45,644 bases of DNA from Macrostomum lignano (lineage: Eukaryota), in NCBI GenBank assembly GCA_002269645.1, contig NIVC01004447.1, positions 1-45,644 of the forward strand, given 5' to 3'. Both the position numbers and the translations under genes were made by a program. The notes beneath the pieces were generated by a model. That model did not search any database. It was not told the origin of the DNA and worked only from the letters and a program-made list of their open reading frames with translations. Positions 33,831 through 45,644 of the stretch are shown here, in pieces; position 1 is the stretch's first letter, and every line of letters starts with the position of its first letter.

Positions 33831-36202
33831 ATATAATTGGGTTAAAGCTACCTAAAAATGGAGCTCAAATTTGAAATCAGCACCATCAAAAACCACTATA
33901 GAGACAAAATTATGATCCTATCAAAATTGAAACTATTTTATCAACATAAACTTGAAGAAGTCCCTTTTCTCTCCTCTCCTTTATCTCCTCTCTGCTCTCT
34001 CATCTCTCTACTTTCTCCATTATCCTCTCACTTCTCTCTTCCCTTATCTTGACATTATCTTGACTTGACATTTTAAATTTGCATTTGTTTAGCAAAATTA
34101 AATTTATTAATTAGTCAAGTTTTCTTATGGGGTTATGGCCATGGGCTGCCTGTTATAAGGGCACTAAGGATAAGGAAGTATACATTCAAAGAGAAAAAAA
34201 TTGGAACATATAATTGGCTTCTTCTCATTTTATTCATTTGATATTTACAAGTCAACAATAGCCATAGGCCTAGTTAGTAAGACTTAGGTAGGACTAGGAC
34301 TAGGAGTAGAATACAAAGCAGCAGAGGCTATATCGAAATATTCAACAAGCTAGGCCTATCTAGCAATAATTTTTTGATGAATCATGACTGCAGTTAAAAA
34401 AATTCTAATCTTCTAGCTTAAAGCCTCAGTATTACTGTATATATACTGTATTATCTTAAATATACTAAATATTATTCTAATATTCTTAAAATTATGTGAT
34501 AAAGTACAAGTTTAAATCTTCTTCGCTTTCTACAGAAAGTTAGGTAATAATAATTTCGAATTTACATGCCTTACCAAAATAATTTAAAAATAATTTTAGC
34601 AAATATACGCTATTCACTGCATAATGTAATTATGAAAGACAGTTTACTTTTTATTTTGTTGTAATGCAAAATTTTGGTAATGCTTTTCATTTTGATAGTT
34701 TGTTGATCTGACCGCCTTGCCTGCCATCGCGTTTATCTGTATGAAATAGGCTTCAACATACTGGACTTGTGGGTCCATAAGGCCGCAGCAGACGAAGAAA
34801 ATGGGTTGGTAGACTTGTAACAAGTACATACTGGTATACTTGCATTATCGAGTGTTCAATTTTACCTCGACTATATTCAAGCCATCTCGCCGAATCCGGG
34901 ACTCGTATGTCAGGAGATTATCAACGAGGCAATAACAAGGACCATTGTATATAGCTGTATAGGGTGCATTGAGCAACTAGTGCACGAATCGTTCAGCTGA
35001 GCTTGAGAGATCCTCGCTATCAATTGCATTGGAAAATGGAGCGAATCAAGCTTAATTCATAAGTGCGCAACTGCATGGCTAATGAAGGTGCTGCCACCGT
35101 ACTCTTAAACCCCGTTGAGAAAGCCCACTTAAGTCTCAAGGCTGCATTTAAGAGACAGCTGGCCACACCGGAGATTCAGCAAGATATTTATGGTCCTTGA
35201 GATTTGCACTTTAATAAGTGACGTGACGACCCGTCGTTAATGGATGCTATGTGGCCATCATGTATTCCATTTCCAGTGTGCATTGCAGGCGAATCAATTC
35301 TGTAATTTTTTGGATTCCGAGAGATAATTATTTTCTGCAACTTTGCTGTGGTGGCAGCAACCTACTACTAGAAGTAACTTACTTATGCAAATACAAAAAA
35401 TCTAGAAAACAGTAATTGTTCTAATCGGATTCTGAGGACTCAGCGCTGAGCAGATTTTTAGTTCTTGTTCCTGTTTCCTATACATGTATACTCGTGGTTA
35501 TATGTTGCTCGCTGAAAAATAAGACCTAATGTTGTAATAGCTCCCTTAAGTGATAAAATTCGTGCTCTCCGATGATCAATTGTATCCTGACCTTTTTGCC
35601 CGGCGGGCACTTGATCTAACCCGCGTTAATACCATATAGACTACATGTACAGTACATTTAAGCCTGCATGAATGAAAGGAAAGTCAAAACTTGCATTTAA
35701 TGCCCGCAAAATATAGCTGATTCAATCTCTTATACTGCGCTGCAACTTGTTTCTAGACTGCAGCGCACGCTGCATGACAATTAGCTTCGATCGTTTTCAT
35801 CAAAAGTGTATATGCTTAAAATGTGGGGGCTTCGTGGCCATTCTTTCTCTTGCAGCCTTGCTGAGACAAAAATATTTATGGCACAAAGAAAATAATTACC
35901 TATTTGCGGGCGTAAAATAAAAGTTATTTCCGTTTATTTATTTCTTTTGGTCTGAAGCAAATTATGCTTCGCCTCGGCTAAGAAACGAGTCTAATACATT
36001 TGCTTTAGACCATAGACTAAAATGAACGGAAATAATATATTTATCCCCCATTTGGCCAAACTAACACTGTACATTTATAACCATAGACAAATGTTGATTT
36101 GATGCAGTTCCCGAAAACGATTGTGTTTGGTATTTCAAATTGAGTGGTTGTCTACTTAATCTCTTTAATTTTAATCCGCGACACTTTCGCGTTAGTTTCA
36201 AC

Positions 36203-38480
36203 ATGAGTGATATTGATAGCGTCGGTTTTGAATCACTTAGTCTTGCTGAAGTCGAAGCAGTCTTGAGTGACTTGCCACTGGCTCCCACAACCGATTGCAA
36301 CGAAGATAAGCAGAGACTCAACGAAATGATTGCGTCTGTAGTGCCAGAAGCTACAACGAAGTGTAAGTGGGTGGTAGTGTAGAGATCTCCAAGCCTAATA
36401 GCCTACTAGAAGTAGTGAGATAAAAACATGAATACTATTTAAAAACTACTCTATTTTCAGTAATACATGCAATATCACGTAAACAGCGAGTGATCATTCC
36501 ATAGTCCAAAAAACGGTTTTCAAATGTCAATTTAAATGCGACCCAGGCTTCACCCCTTTTCTATGTAAAACCCCACCGGTCAAGAGACAAAGTCCATCCT
36601 TTGATTCTTATCAATAAAACCGGTTTGAAGCTCAAGGTCGAATGAAATCGTGTATAAATACGAGCGTACAAGCGAAAAGTCCGAGCTGAAACCTCAGACT
36701 CGGAGCAGCCTTAATAAATCTTGGGCTTAGCCAAAGCTACCAAGCAAGGCTATATCTCTGAGAGGGACAAACACCAATTGGTAAGCCTTGTTAGAGTCTT
36801 TGTTATTTGAGTCTTTGTTATTCGATTATTGAGAGCTGTCATTGCCGGCCGTTACTGATCAGTCGATTTATAGAGTTATTGAATTTGAGGCCTCCCTATT
36901 CCTAAGGGATTAGATAGGATCTGCGGACCGATTCCGATACTCTTAGTCGATTACTGATTGATTGATTTTGGTACCCTAGAGTAACCGATAGGAGCACACG
37001 ACTCAGATTCCTTCTTTATTTCTAGAAGAAGACGCCCTTTCGGAGGACCTCGTTATTGTTATAGAGTTGACATTGTTATTAGGGCGCATCTCTGCACTCG
37101 AGGAATATATCGATTTCTGCACTCGAGGAATATATTGGTTTCTGCACTCGAGGAATATATTAACGTCGACGGACTAAGTTATTGAGCTCTCATGTTCGGC
37201 CGATTCTAGAATTCAAGAAGACTACTCCGGAGGAGGAAGATTTGAAGAGTCGAGCTCGGAAAACCTGCCCGACAAAGAAGAGGAGCCCGCACCAGTAAGT
37301 GAACACTGAACTTGTTCCCAGGCTTGAGGTCTGGAAGTGGGAGTTCGTGCGTTTAGACACTAGATTAAATTCTCTCTCTCTTCTCTTTCTCTCTCTCTCC
37401 CTTTCCCTCTCTCTAGTGTGATAAAGCGAACTCTTCAGTAGAAATCTTTCGATCGTGGCACGAAAGGAAGAAGAATCAATAAGGTAAGGCAGAACATGGA
37501 CCGAGTTTGATGGTGTTGGCCGATCTATCCGTGATGAGCAAGCACGATCGCAACTACGTTCTTAAGTGATTTATCTTAGAGGTACGAAATAAGCATGGTG
37601 ATCGCTATGGCGCTTCTACATTGAATGATTTTTTCAGCATGCTGCAATACTATACTTAGTCAACGAATGCGGAAAGCTATGGAGCCTCTGGAAGGACGTC
37701 GAATTCAATGAGAGCCGACGTGTGCTGGATGCTTCGATGAAGATGAGTACCCGTGACGGAAAGGGTAGTGGATTGCGTCATGCAGGACCTGTACCATCTA
37801 GTATCGAAGAGAAGCTCTGGTCTGAAGGTGTGCTTGGTAGTGATAGTCCACGACAGCTGGTGAGTTCCGCGGTTTGGGGTGTGGGAAAACATTTCGCACT
37901 ACGCGGTGGTTCGGAGTTGCGAGACCTGGAGTACAATCGACAGATCCAGCTAGAAGCGATTGATGATGAGGTCTGTTTAGTCTATAGGGACAACAGCGGA
38001 TAGAAGACCAACCAGGGTGGTTTAGACCGCCTTCGACGGGAACAGAAGATCGTCAGAGCCTTCCACATTGAAGATGATTCTAAGTGCATTGTCGGTCTCT
38101 ACACCGACTACGTTTCGCACCGGCCGAGCGGGTGTTGCGAGGCTCTTTTCTTGTCATGCAACAGGCGGTGGAAGCCTGATGGTCGCTCGGAATGGTCTAC
38201 AAGGATTCCGATTCGACGGCACACGTTGGCCTCAACTGTAAAGTCGCTTGTGACGAAGGTGGCTCCAAACGACAGCACACGCTACACTAACTAGTCGTTG
38301 CACAAAACCTGTGCAACCGTTTTACGCGATGCTGGTGTACCGCGCGAGGATATTGGACGTATCACGGGCGCAGTTGCTCCGCTCTAGAGCGATACATTGA
38401 CGCTTCAATGATGCAGCAGAAGCGCTTCAGCACCATTCTATCCGGTTCTGTCCAGGCGAAGGAAAGCAAATCAACTGATT
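36203..38480 (+). pseudogene. Crypton-type tyrosine recombinase (DUF3504-like) relic, split by an insertion
   Basis: EATTKC|DKANSSVEIFRSW rejoins in frame across the insert. It continues with FILEVRNKHGDRY, HFALRGGSELRDL, KTNQGGL, YTN*SLHKTCAT and TG..RSCSALERY, with several stops and frameshifts. Confidence 0.8.
36365..37414 (+). mobile_element. Solo-LTR-like element, copy 2
   Basis: Flanked by AGTGT direct repeats (36360-64, 37415-19) and interrupts the Crypton ORF. Shares blocks with 7310-8291. Contains an internal 3x ~25-bp repeat (37090-37160) and a (CT)n right end. Confidence 0.7.
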
Positions 38481-40582
38481 ACTGATCAGAGTCACTACGC
38501 GTGGCAACTGCTAGAACCTCTGCAGTGGTGATATCTGGAGACGTTCAGTTGCCTGGAGAGGTGCTAAGTACCTGCTAAGAAAACCTGCTAAGTTTTTCTG
38601 CTAAGTTTTTCTAAGTTTTTCTGCTTTTTCTGCTAGAAAACCTGCTAAGTACAACAACACGACGGTGCTATGTCTGTGACGAAGGTCTTTGCAGATCGCA
38701 CACGGCACGCGAAGTGCATGACACCCGTTATTTTTGCTCCGACTGCTCGTAAGTGTACCGTTATAATCTGTAAACTTTTAGTGTCACTTTCTCTTACTCA
38801 CTCAGACTTTTACACCAAAAGATGTACCCAGTTTTGTCCAAATTAACATTCCCAAGAAAAAAATCGGTTTAGCTGAATCGAAATGCAGAATCGATATGGA
38901 AATTAAAAGAGGATCATAACAGTGGAAATTATGCTGAGAAAGTAGCGGATAAAAAGCAGAAATAATAGTAATCATGTTTTACTGGAAAGCTTTATGCTTA
39001 AAACTGCCGACATAAATTTGCAGTAGAAATTCGAAATGCTCTTATAACGGTTATGGTCTAATTTCGGACTGAAATTTTGATTGTTGTCACAGTGGAAACA
39101 ATTCTTTTACTGTGAAACTTGCACATTTAATGACAGGCACAAAGGCAGGTTTATGAGTTTCGGTGGGACAAGACATGGCAGTGAATGAAAAAAGTGGAGG
39201 CCTTGCTGTGTACACTTTTGGTTCATGCGTCGATTGCATGCTGTTTATTGTAGATCATTGCAGACTGTTTATAGTGAGTGAGTATAGTGAGTGCGACAGG
39301 GAGTCTCACGTTGCTCATTGGTGAGGCTTGATCAAGAATTTCTAGCCAAAGTATATGCTAGACTGCCAGAAGTCCGATGGACACATCCGTTGAAGGTCCC
39401 GACGTTCGTCCAGACGGTCGGGATGGTGCAGGAAGTAGGTTGAATGCAAGAAGGAGTCGTAGGTTGCTCATTGACAAGATTTCATAATAAATATTGACCG
39501 AAATTTGTTTCGGATCTCGAATTCCAATGATGTCAGAATGTGCTCGTTGAATGTCCTGACGATGGTCGACGGTGGCCACGGGGCATTGTTGTAGCGCACT
39601 ACAAGTGTTCTGGGTTACCTCACCAATGGCTGAAATGAGGTTTGGGATCATTTTGGGCACCTTTCTGCCTGGTGTCAAGACCTAGCCACTGAATTCGACG
39701 GTTTGCCTTCAAAAACAGGGGGACCTCCTTGAGAATCGCTGAATATCTCGACGATCTCGACGTCGGAGAGAGTCGGCGATGGCTTCATCAGATTCCTCGA
39801 TAAATTTTTGCCCATACTGTGAATTTTCAGACGAATCCATCGTCGGGTTCAAGAGTTATGGCGTGGATAACTTTTGGGTATTTGAAATACCCCCCCCCAT
39901 CGGCATCCACCTGTTAAAGGCTTTCTGGTTCATGCTCCCTAATCACTGCCGAGTTTCTAAATGGTCTTCCTGTCTGGTACAAGTATATCACGTTCCCATT
40001 TGGCCATTTTATAGTTTGAAATTTTACATTTTACACCATTTGATATAGGTGCAAACCATCGAAAATAAACATGCAAGAGTGCGTTCATTTTGTGTCGCTT
40101 GAGTTCAATATAGTGAGTTAGTTTTGTCTTTCTTAGCATACTTGATATGAGCCGGTTCTTTCCAGGTTTCCATAACTATTGATGGTTAGACGTCAAATAA
40201 ACACAATGCTTCATCAGTTTCCTCTGCACTACTTCAGCGCATTCACCGAAAAAGTAGTGTGCACGCGCATGCATTTCGGAGTCATAGACAGACTTATTGA
40301 GCATTCTGTGTAATTTCTGTGGTTACAATCGTATCGCTATGATCCATAAGCCAATCAATTCGAAAGTTTAATTAGTAATCATATCTTATTTGAAACGAAG
40401 TTAAATGTCTAAGGCAAGTTACATGCTGTGTACACGAGTTGAGAACGGGCAGTCAATGAAGGGCAGCCTTCTCGGCGCGTTCGTCAACTTTACCGCTTTG
40501 TTTTATCAACTTAGCGCGATCGCAATTTCGTTCGTATCTTTAGTTGTAGCAACCGCTACACTCTACCTATACTGCACATCCC

Positions 40583-41810
40583 ATGTCTGGACCTATCAGT
40601 AGACACTACTAATGACTTCAATTCCTGGAGAGCAACCCTGGAAGCATATATTTCGGCGCTGTCAACATCCACTGCGAAGCGTCAAATGTTTTTAAATGCA
40701 TTCACATCTGCAACATTCTCCGAATATCTCAAGGTACGAGTATAAGAACCTGCCACTGACTGAAATTAGAATTCAAGGACCCACAGCATGTCATAGAAGC
40801 TATTAGAGAGTACATGCCAGGACAGACTGACATCATTTTGGAAAGGAACAGATTCTGGAGAAGCAGCTAAGCGACGGATAAAGTTTGAATGAATACGTTA
40901 TGCAGCGGAGAGACTTGATGCGGTCGTGTAAATTTTGCGAATCGTTCTAATCGTCGCAGTGGCTATAGCTTTAAAAAACAGCCGAGACTCTCTACCTTGG
41001 TTATTACGTTGGAATTGTAGCATATGTTGTATTTGTGCTTGTGTTTTATGGCTTTTTTTCTACGAGCGTACTGTATTGATTTGGCAGCGGCTAAAGACAG
41101 GTGCGGCAAAGAGGAAAAAATAAAGCATATCGTAAATATCGGCAAGCAAGAGAGCCGAGACTTTCAGATCTATTTTCTCTGGAACCTACAACCCCAAATA
41201 TAACAGTTTTAGGAAACAATGAGCAGCTGAAAATGATGCCCGATACGGGTTATTCCGAATATCGACACAATCCGAGAGTACAGTTGCAGGAGCTGCACGT
41301 CACTGTTTCACAATTGAGGCATGACACAACTGTGCCGCAATCAGCCTATGGACGGTTCATCAGAACAAACAGTAACTTCCCCGCTACAATAGCCCTAAAC
41401 GGGAAGCGCGCAACAACAAGGATTCACGTACTAAAGAACTTGATTGCACCTGACAGATATGGAAAAATTGGGTATTGTTCCCTATGACTTTTTATTTCAG
41501 CTTTCGACGAATGGTGCCGAAGAAAAGTCACGGAACTGGATTTAATCCAAGAGTTCCCAATGGTCTTCGACGAAGAAATCCGACCCATAAATATTGAGAG
41601 ATTTCAGATTGCGATAAAGGACGATGGGATCCCATTTTCTGTGAAAGTTTCACGCTGATTACCACTGCCCCTCCAAGAAAAAATCAAGATCGAGCTAGAT
41701 TCTTTAGAAAGGCAGCAAGAAATTTGCAGTGACGGAGCCCCGACTACTCCCAGGTGCGCCTCGATCGTTGTAGCTCCAAAGAAAGGAGATGAAAAGAAGT
41801 TTTCCAAATT
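40583..41810 (+). pseudogene. Ty3/gypsy gag-protease-RT fragment, heavily decayed
   Basis: Gag-like DFNSWRATLEAYI and ILERNRFW..QL.DG.SLNEYV; protease MPDTG; RT start LPLPLQEKIKIELDSLE...SIVVAPKK. Multiple stops and shifts; it ends before the RT catalytic motif. Confidence 0.75.
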
Positions 41811-42123
41811 TTCTGGATTCCTGGGTGGATTTCAAGAAGCCACTTGTCAGACAAATTAAAAGTTACAAGTGATAAGTGACAGCGATCTCAGTTTCATGAG
41901 AATTTAGCAACCACTTGTCAAGTTTAAAAATAGGACCCTATAGTTGCGCAGTCCAAGGGTCAACCTAGGTCTTACAATCATTCTTCCAAGGCCATAAACT
42001 TTGGCTTTGAACCATAGAATTTTTAACTGTGAGCTTTTGCTTATAAATAATTTGTGTCTAAATGATACGAGCTAAGTGGTATTTTATTTGGTTTCTTTCA
42101 TTCTGTATCTCTTTAAGCCTAAA

Positions 42124-42310
42124 ATGAAAGATACTTGTGAGGACAAACTATTTCTTCTAGAAAAAAATAAAGAAAACAGGAATATCCTTTTTGGAAAATT
42201 TAGTCCTTCACTGAGTGACAAAATGAAACAGGATTAATGGAATGAGATTCTGAGCGCTTGCCTGTCAATGGGCTACCGGTTGGTACCCGAAGGCTTGTCT
42301 GGGCTGCCAA
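42124..42310 (+). pseudogene. Myb/SANT-like DNA-binding domain fragment (type found in Harbinger ORF2)
   Basis: KLFLLEK...NILFGKFSPSLSDKMKQD*WNEILSACLSMG has the ILFG.FS..L....K...W.EI pattern, with an internal stop. Confidence 0.6.
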
Positions 42311-42546
42311 CTTAAAGAGAAGAACACTGGTAAGTGTGTAGAGAGAGAAGCTGTATATTTCATGTCAAATCAGAATTTAACAAACAAATGAGCAACATAT
42401 GTGAGTAATTATGTTTACTTTTGAAATTAAAAAACTTCAACAAAAAAATCCTTTCTAGGTTACAGAGAGATAAGGAAAACTCTCTTATCTCTCTGTTTGT
42501 CAATATATTTTGATTCAGCAAAAGCTTCGGATGCTTCGCGTGCAAG

Positions 42547-43014
42547 TTACGACGTAGAAAGTTTCACAAAGAAGGTGGCGACGTCCAGCAGCAATACGAG
42601 CCGAATGAAGAGGGCGACATGCTGAAACTGTCTGCCTACTTCCAAGGCGGAACCGCGAACGCTGAACAGGATTGATTTCTGTTCTATCTTCTCTTCAGTC
42701 TCGGTGAGCGCGGGCAGGGACATTTGAAATATCTGAAGAAACGCGAAATTCTCCAGCTTCACATTGATGCTAATGGTAAAGAACTACTTGTTGCCGAAGC
42801 TTTCATCAAAGAACAAACCGGTTGATCCAGTGATGGCGAAATCACGTGGCGACAACAAGCAGGCCATGAGACCGCCAACGTACGAAGGTATCTGGATCTA
42901 CTGCCTCAACGAACTAAGGACAATCATCTTTTTTTGGCTACTAGCGACGGAAACGTTACGTTCTCCGTGAAACAAAACCACGGTGATAACTACCTAAGTT
43001 TAGTAAAAAACTAA
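42547..43014 (+). pseudogene. Second, distinct Crypton/DUF3504-like tyrosine recombinase relic (middle part)
   Basis: One frame with two stops: DMLKLSAYF...EQD*FLFYLLFSLGERGQGHLKYLKK...HIDANGKE...NVRRYLDLLP...HLF, resembling DL.KL..YF...LQ..V.F......GRRG.E.LR.L.K...D..G. Confidence 0.5.
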
Positions 43015-43042
43015 GTTTAGTTTTCACGGGAACGATTTAGTA

Positions 43043-44351
43043 CGAGGGAAAGTAAAAAAGTAATGATAATTTTGTTCTCACGAGTGTCAAACTTAAAATT
43101 AGAATCTACTTTTCTACATAGTCCCCTTCAAGGGTCAGACACTTCTCCATGCGGTGTCGCCATCTCTCCAGGCCGTTCGCGTAGAACTCAGGAGGCTGTG
43201 CAGCAAGCCACTGTACAGTAGCCTTTTTGGCATGCCTCTTTGTCCTCATGTTGGACTCCTTTGATTGCTTCCTTCAGCTTGGGAACCAAAAAAGTCTTGG
43301 GAGACAAATCAGGGCTATATGGAGGATGCCGGAGGATTTCCCAGTGGAAATCTCGCAGGGCTTCACGGCAGAGCCGAGAAGTGTGGGCTGGTGCATTGTC
43401 GTGGTGAAAGCGAATTCCACGGTGCAGCTTTCCGGGTCGCTTTTTGGCCAATTCGGAGTGGAACCTTTGCAGAAGCGACTCATATTAGGTTGCATTGATG
43501 GTCTTCTGGCTTTCCAAGAAGTCCACCATCACCACTCCCTCAACATCCCAGAAGATGGTCGCCAAGACCTTCGCTGCAGACCCTTCCGCACGGAACTTCT
43601 TAGGGCCCGCTGAACATCGTGGCAGCCACTCCTTGGATTGGACCTTGGACACGGGATTGTACTGAAATATTCATGTTTCATCCTCAGTCACTAAGCGCTG
43701 GTAAAAGTTTTCTGAATCAGCGTCCAAGCAGTTCAGCAGGTTGATGGCGCACTCAGTGCGCTGAACCCAGTCTTCAGGCCGCAACAGCCGCGGGACCCAG
43801 CGGGCACTCAGCTTGCTCAGACCAAGACAGTCAATCACAATGGAACGAGCATCGCCATGAGAGATGGCCACTTGGTCAGCAATATTGTCTATGGTCACGC
43901 ACCGATCCTGCTCAAGTACCTGCTGCACAGCTGCCACATTTTCCTCTGTGCGCGATGTTGTGGGCCTTCCGACCACTGGGCGTCTTCCATGGCCTCTCAG
44001 CCTTCCTTAAAAGCCTAAATCCAGCAGTAAATGGTTGGATCTGGTGGAGCAGTGTCCATATAGACCTTCTATGCGTCAATGATTTCGGCTGGCTTCCAAC
44101 CAAGTTTTACAGAAAATTTCAACTTAGTGCGAGCTTCGATTTTTTAATTTTCCGTTGCTGAAAGGGTATACTGTATTAGAGCGGAAGGGTATTAGAGCGT
44201 CACCATGCAGAAATCAATCACTCTAGAAGAACCAAAACTCTGTCAAATTAAGAACAAAAGATGCTTTTTTAAACGAAACCAGTTGCATTTCAATACCTCC
44301 TATATTTTAGGCGTTACAACAAAATTATCATTACTTTTTGACTTCCCCTCG
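43043..44351 (-). mobile_element. mariner (DD34D-type) transposon, 1309 bp, defective transposase ~44145-43106
   Basis: TA flanks; 34-bp TIRs CGAGGG(A/G)AAGT(A/C)AAAAAGTAATGATAATTTTGTT; motifs GRPTT, WVPRLL, VTEDET, HHDNAPAH, HPPYSPDLSP and GDYVEK*; several frameshifts. Confidence 0.95.
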
Positions 44352-45039
44352 TAAATGAGACTCTGAGAGACGCTTTGATTACATTTTTTTGTCAAATATT
44401 TTTAAACGTATGTTAAAATGTTGTAAAAATACACATAATGACGGGTCATTATCTGAGTGTCATTATCTGGAAGTAATTTACCATAGACGTTTCGGACAAT
44501 GGTCTTCGGCTCTATGCCAAATTCCCCATATTGATACTGCGCTATTACTTATCCATAGCGCATATCTTTAGTTGTTGGTGTTTGCTGTTATGTTCTAAAA
44601 TTCATCCGTTATCCCGAGTTCAAAACCTCTATCCCGAAGTTTAAGTGAAGAAATAAATTGAATGTGTTTATGGTTTAACCATAGAAAATACGATTACCCG
44701 TCCATTATCCCAACGACTGAAGGGCCACTTCGGATAATAAAAGGTTGTTCGTAAGTTAGACTTTTTGATAATCGCCCGACTCACAAGTTCTCGCAGAAAA
44801 TAAAAATTAAAATAAATGAATATCCACATTTTCTAATTTCAGTGTATAGCTATGCACATAAAATATAAGAGTACAGCACACAGCCCAGCACAAAATTGAA
44901 ACAGGCAGGGTGTTGAGTATGTTAAGAGAAAAGAAGAGAGGAAATATTGACTACATACGAGCGTATGCTATATAGCTTGATATGAAGTACGAGAAATATT
45001 TTTCGATCAAGTAGGGCAAATCTGCCTGTCTCAAAAGCT

Positions 45040-45340
45040 TAGCCAACGTAACTAGCAGCAAACTCCATCGGATCTCGCGACTCTGTACATCCGAGAAGGG
45101 CAAGAATACACCGATCACAGCATCTGGTGAGTTTAGTGGGTGGATGAAATTATATTTCACTTTCCCGATGTGTTTTTATGATTGAAAATAATTTGAATTT
45201 CCCTGATCTCGTTTCCAGTTCCGTTCTAGAGTTAGCAGAGTGTGCGACCGGGAATCGGAAGGGCATTTAATGAGCGAGATCATGGCTATTGCGGGTCAAA
45301 AGTCCGAGAGCACCGTCTGGCACTCTACCGTCAAGCCCGA
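45040..45340 (+). pseudogene. Possible C-terminal remnant of the second Crypton-like recombinase
   Basis: EYTDHSI (cf. YTNHS.R) before a GTGAGT donor at ~45127, then SEIMAIAGQKSESTVW (cf. IM..TGHKS..S...Y). Frames are broken. Confidence 0.4.
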
Positions 45341-45644
45341 TGGTACTGCCTACAGTTGTAGCACACTTGTGTGCATAAACAGGCTGCAATGCATCGTTTC
45401 CTACTGGAAAATTGAGGCATGCCGCTCATTGGAAATCCGGATTTTGTTGAGCTGGAGAAGACCTTTAAGGCCGCCGCAGACAGCAACCGAGGTCTGTTGT
45501 TGACGGTGAGGTCGGGTATCCGGCAATAAGCAGTGAGGAAATGTCTAAGCTGCACGCGTACTTCACCATAGCAGATACGAAGAGGCTCCAGTATGAGGTG
45601 TTGTTTCTCATTGTGTTCCATTTCGGCTTTAGAGGTCGTGAGTG

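Noticed and set aside
39358-39678. 106-aa ORF as a host gene
   Set aside because: No recognisable motif or splice context; probably part of a decayed repeat.
44478-44520. Hammerhead ribozyme (minus strand CCGAAGA...GAAACGTC); weaker candidates at ~8517 and ~7905-7945
   Set aside because: Core substitutions and no convincing stems I/II. At best a decayed Penelope-type relic; an Infernal search with hammerhead models would settle it.

Overview
Eukaryotic (metazoan invertebrate) genomic DNA, very rich in repeats. GC-rich exons, minisatellite-filled introns and an ATG-less NDUFA5 exon suggest a flatworm such as Macrostomum; this is inference, not a database match. Four host genes are supported: (1) the 5' part of an ANF-receptor-domain, GABA-B-like class C GPCR on the minus strand (5 exons, 838-6802, continuing past the window start, one GC-AG intron); (2) a secreted PAN/apple + C-type lectin (9569-10301, +) with a 1-nt frameshift after the signal peptide; (3) a two-exon PLPP4/5-type lipid phosphate phosphatase (15320-17129, -); (4) NDUFA5 (17826-18179, -), which has no in-frame ATG of its own. 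The rest is tandem repeats (7-, 14-, 17-, 18-, 23-, 24-, ~151- and ~165-bp units, including a 4-kb 17-bp satellite) and nested, mostly dead mobile elements: two related solo-LTR-like inserts, a CORE-type SINE, a long-TIR TTAA element, an IS630/Tc1 element, two hAT-type MITEs, an inverted pair of Helitron-like minisatellite carriers, a 5'-truncated APE-RT LINE, two Crypton/DUF3504 relics, a gypsy relic, a Myb/SANT relic and a mariner. Best leads: NDUFA5 may take its initiator AUG from a trans-spliced leader, possibly in an NDUFA5-PLPP operon; the inverted Helitron-like pair, one copy bracketed by an identical 103-bp duplication; and the single-variable-base 17-bp satellite. No CRISPR array and no clearly new enzymatic system is supported. 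All coordinates were read by eye and no alignments or searches were run.
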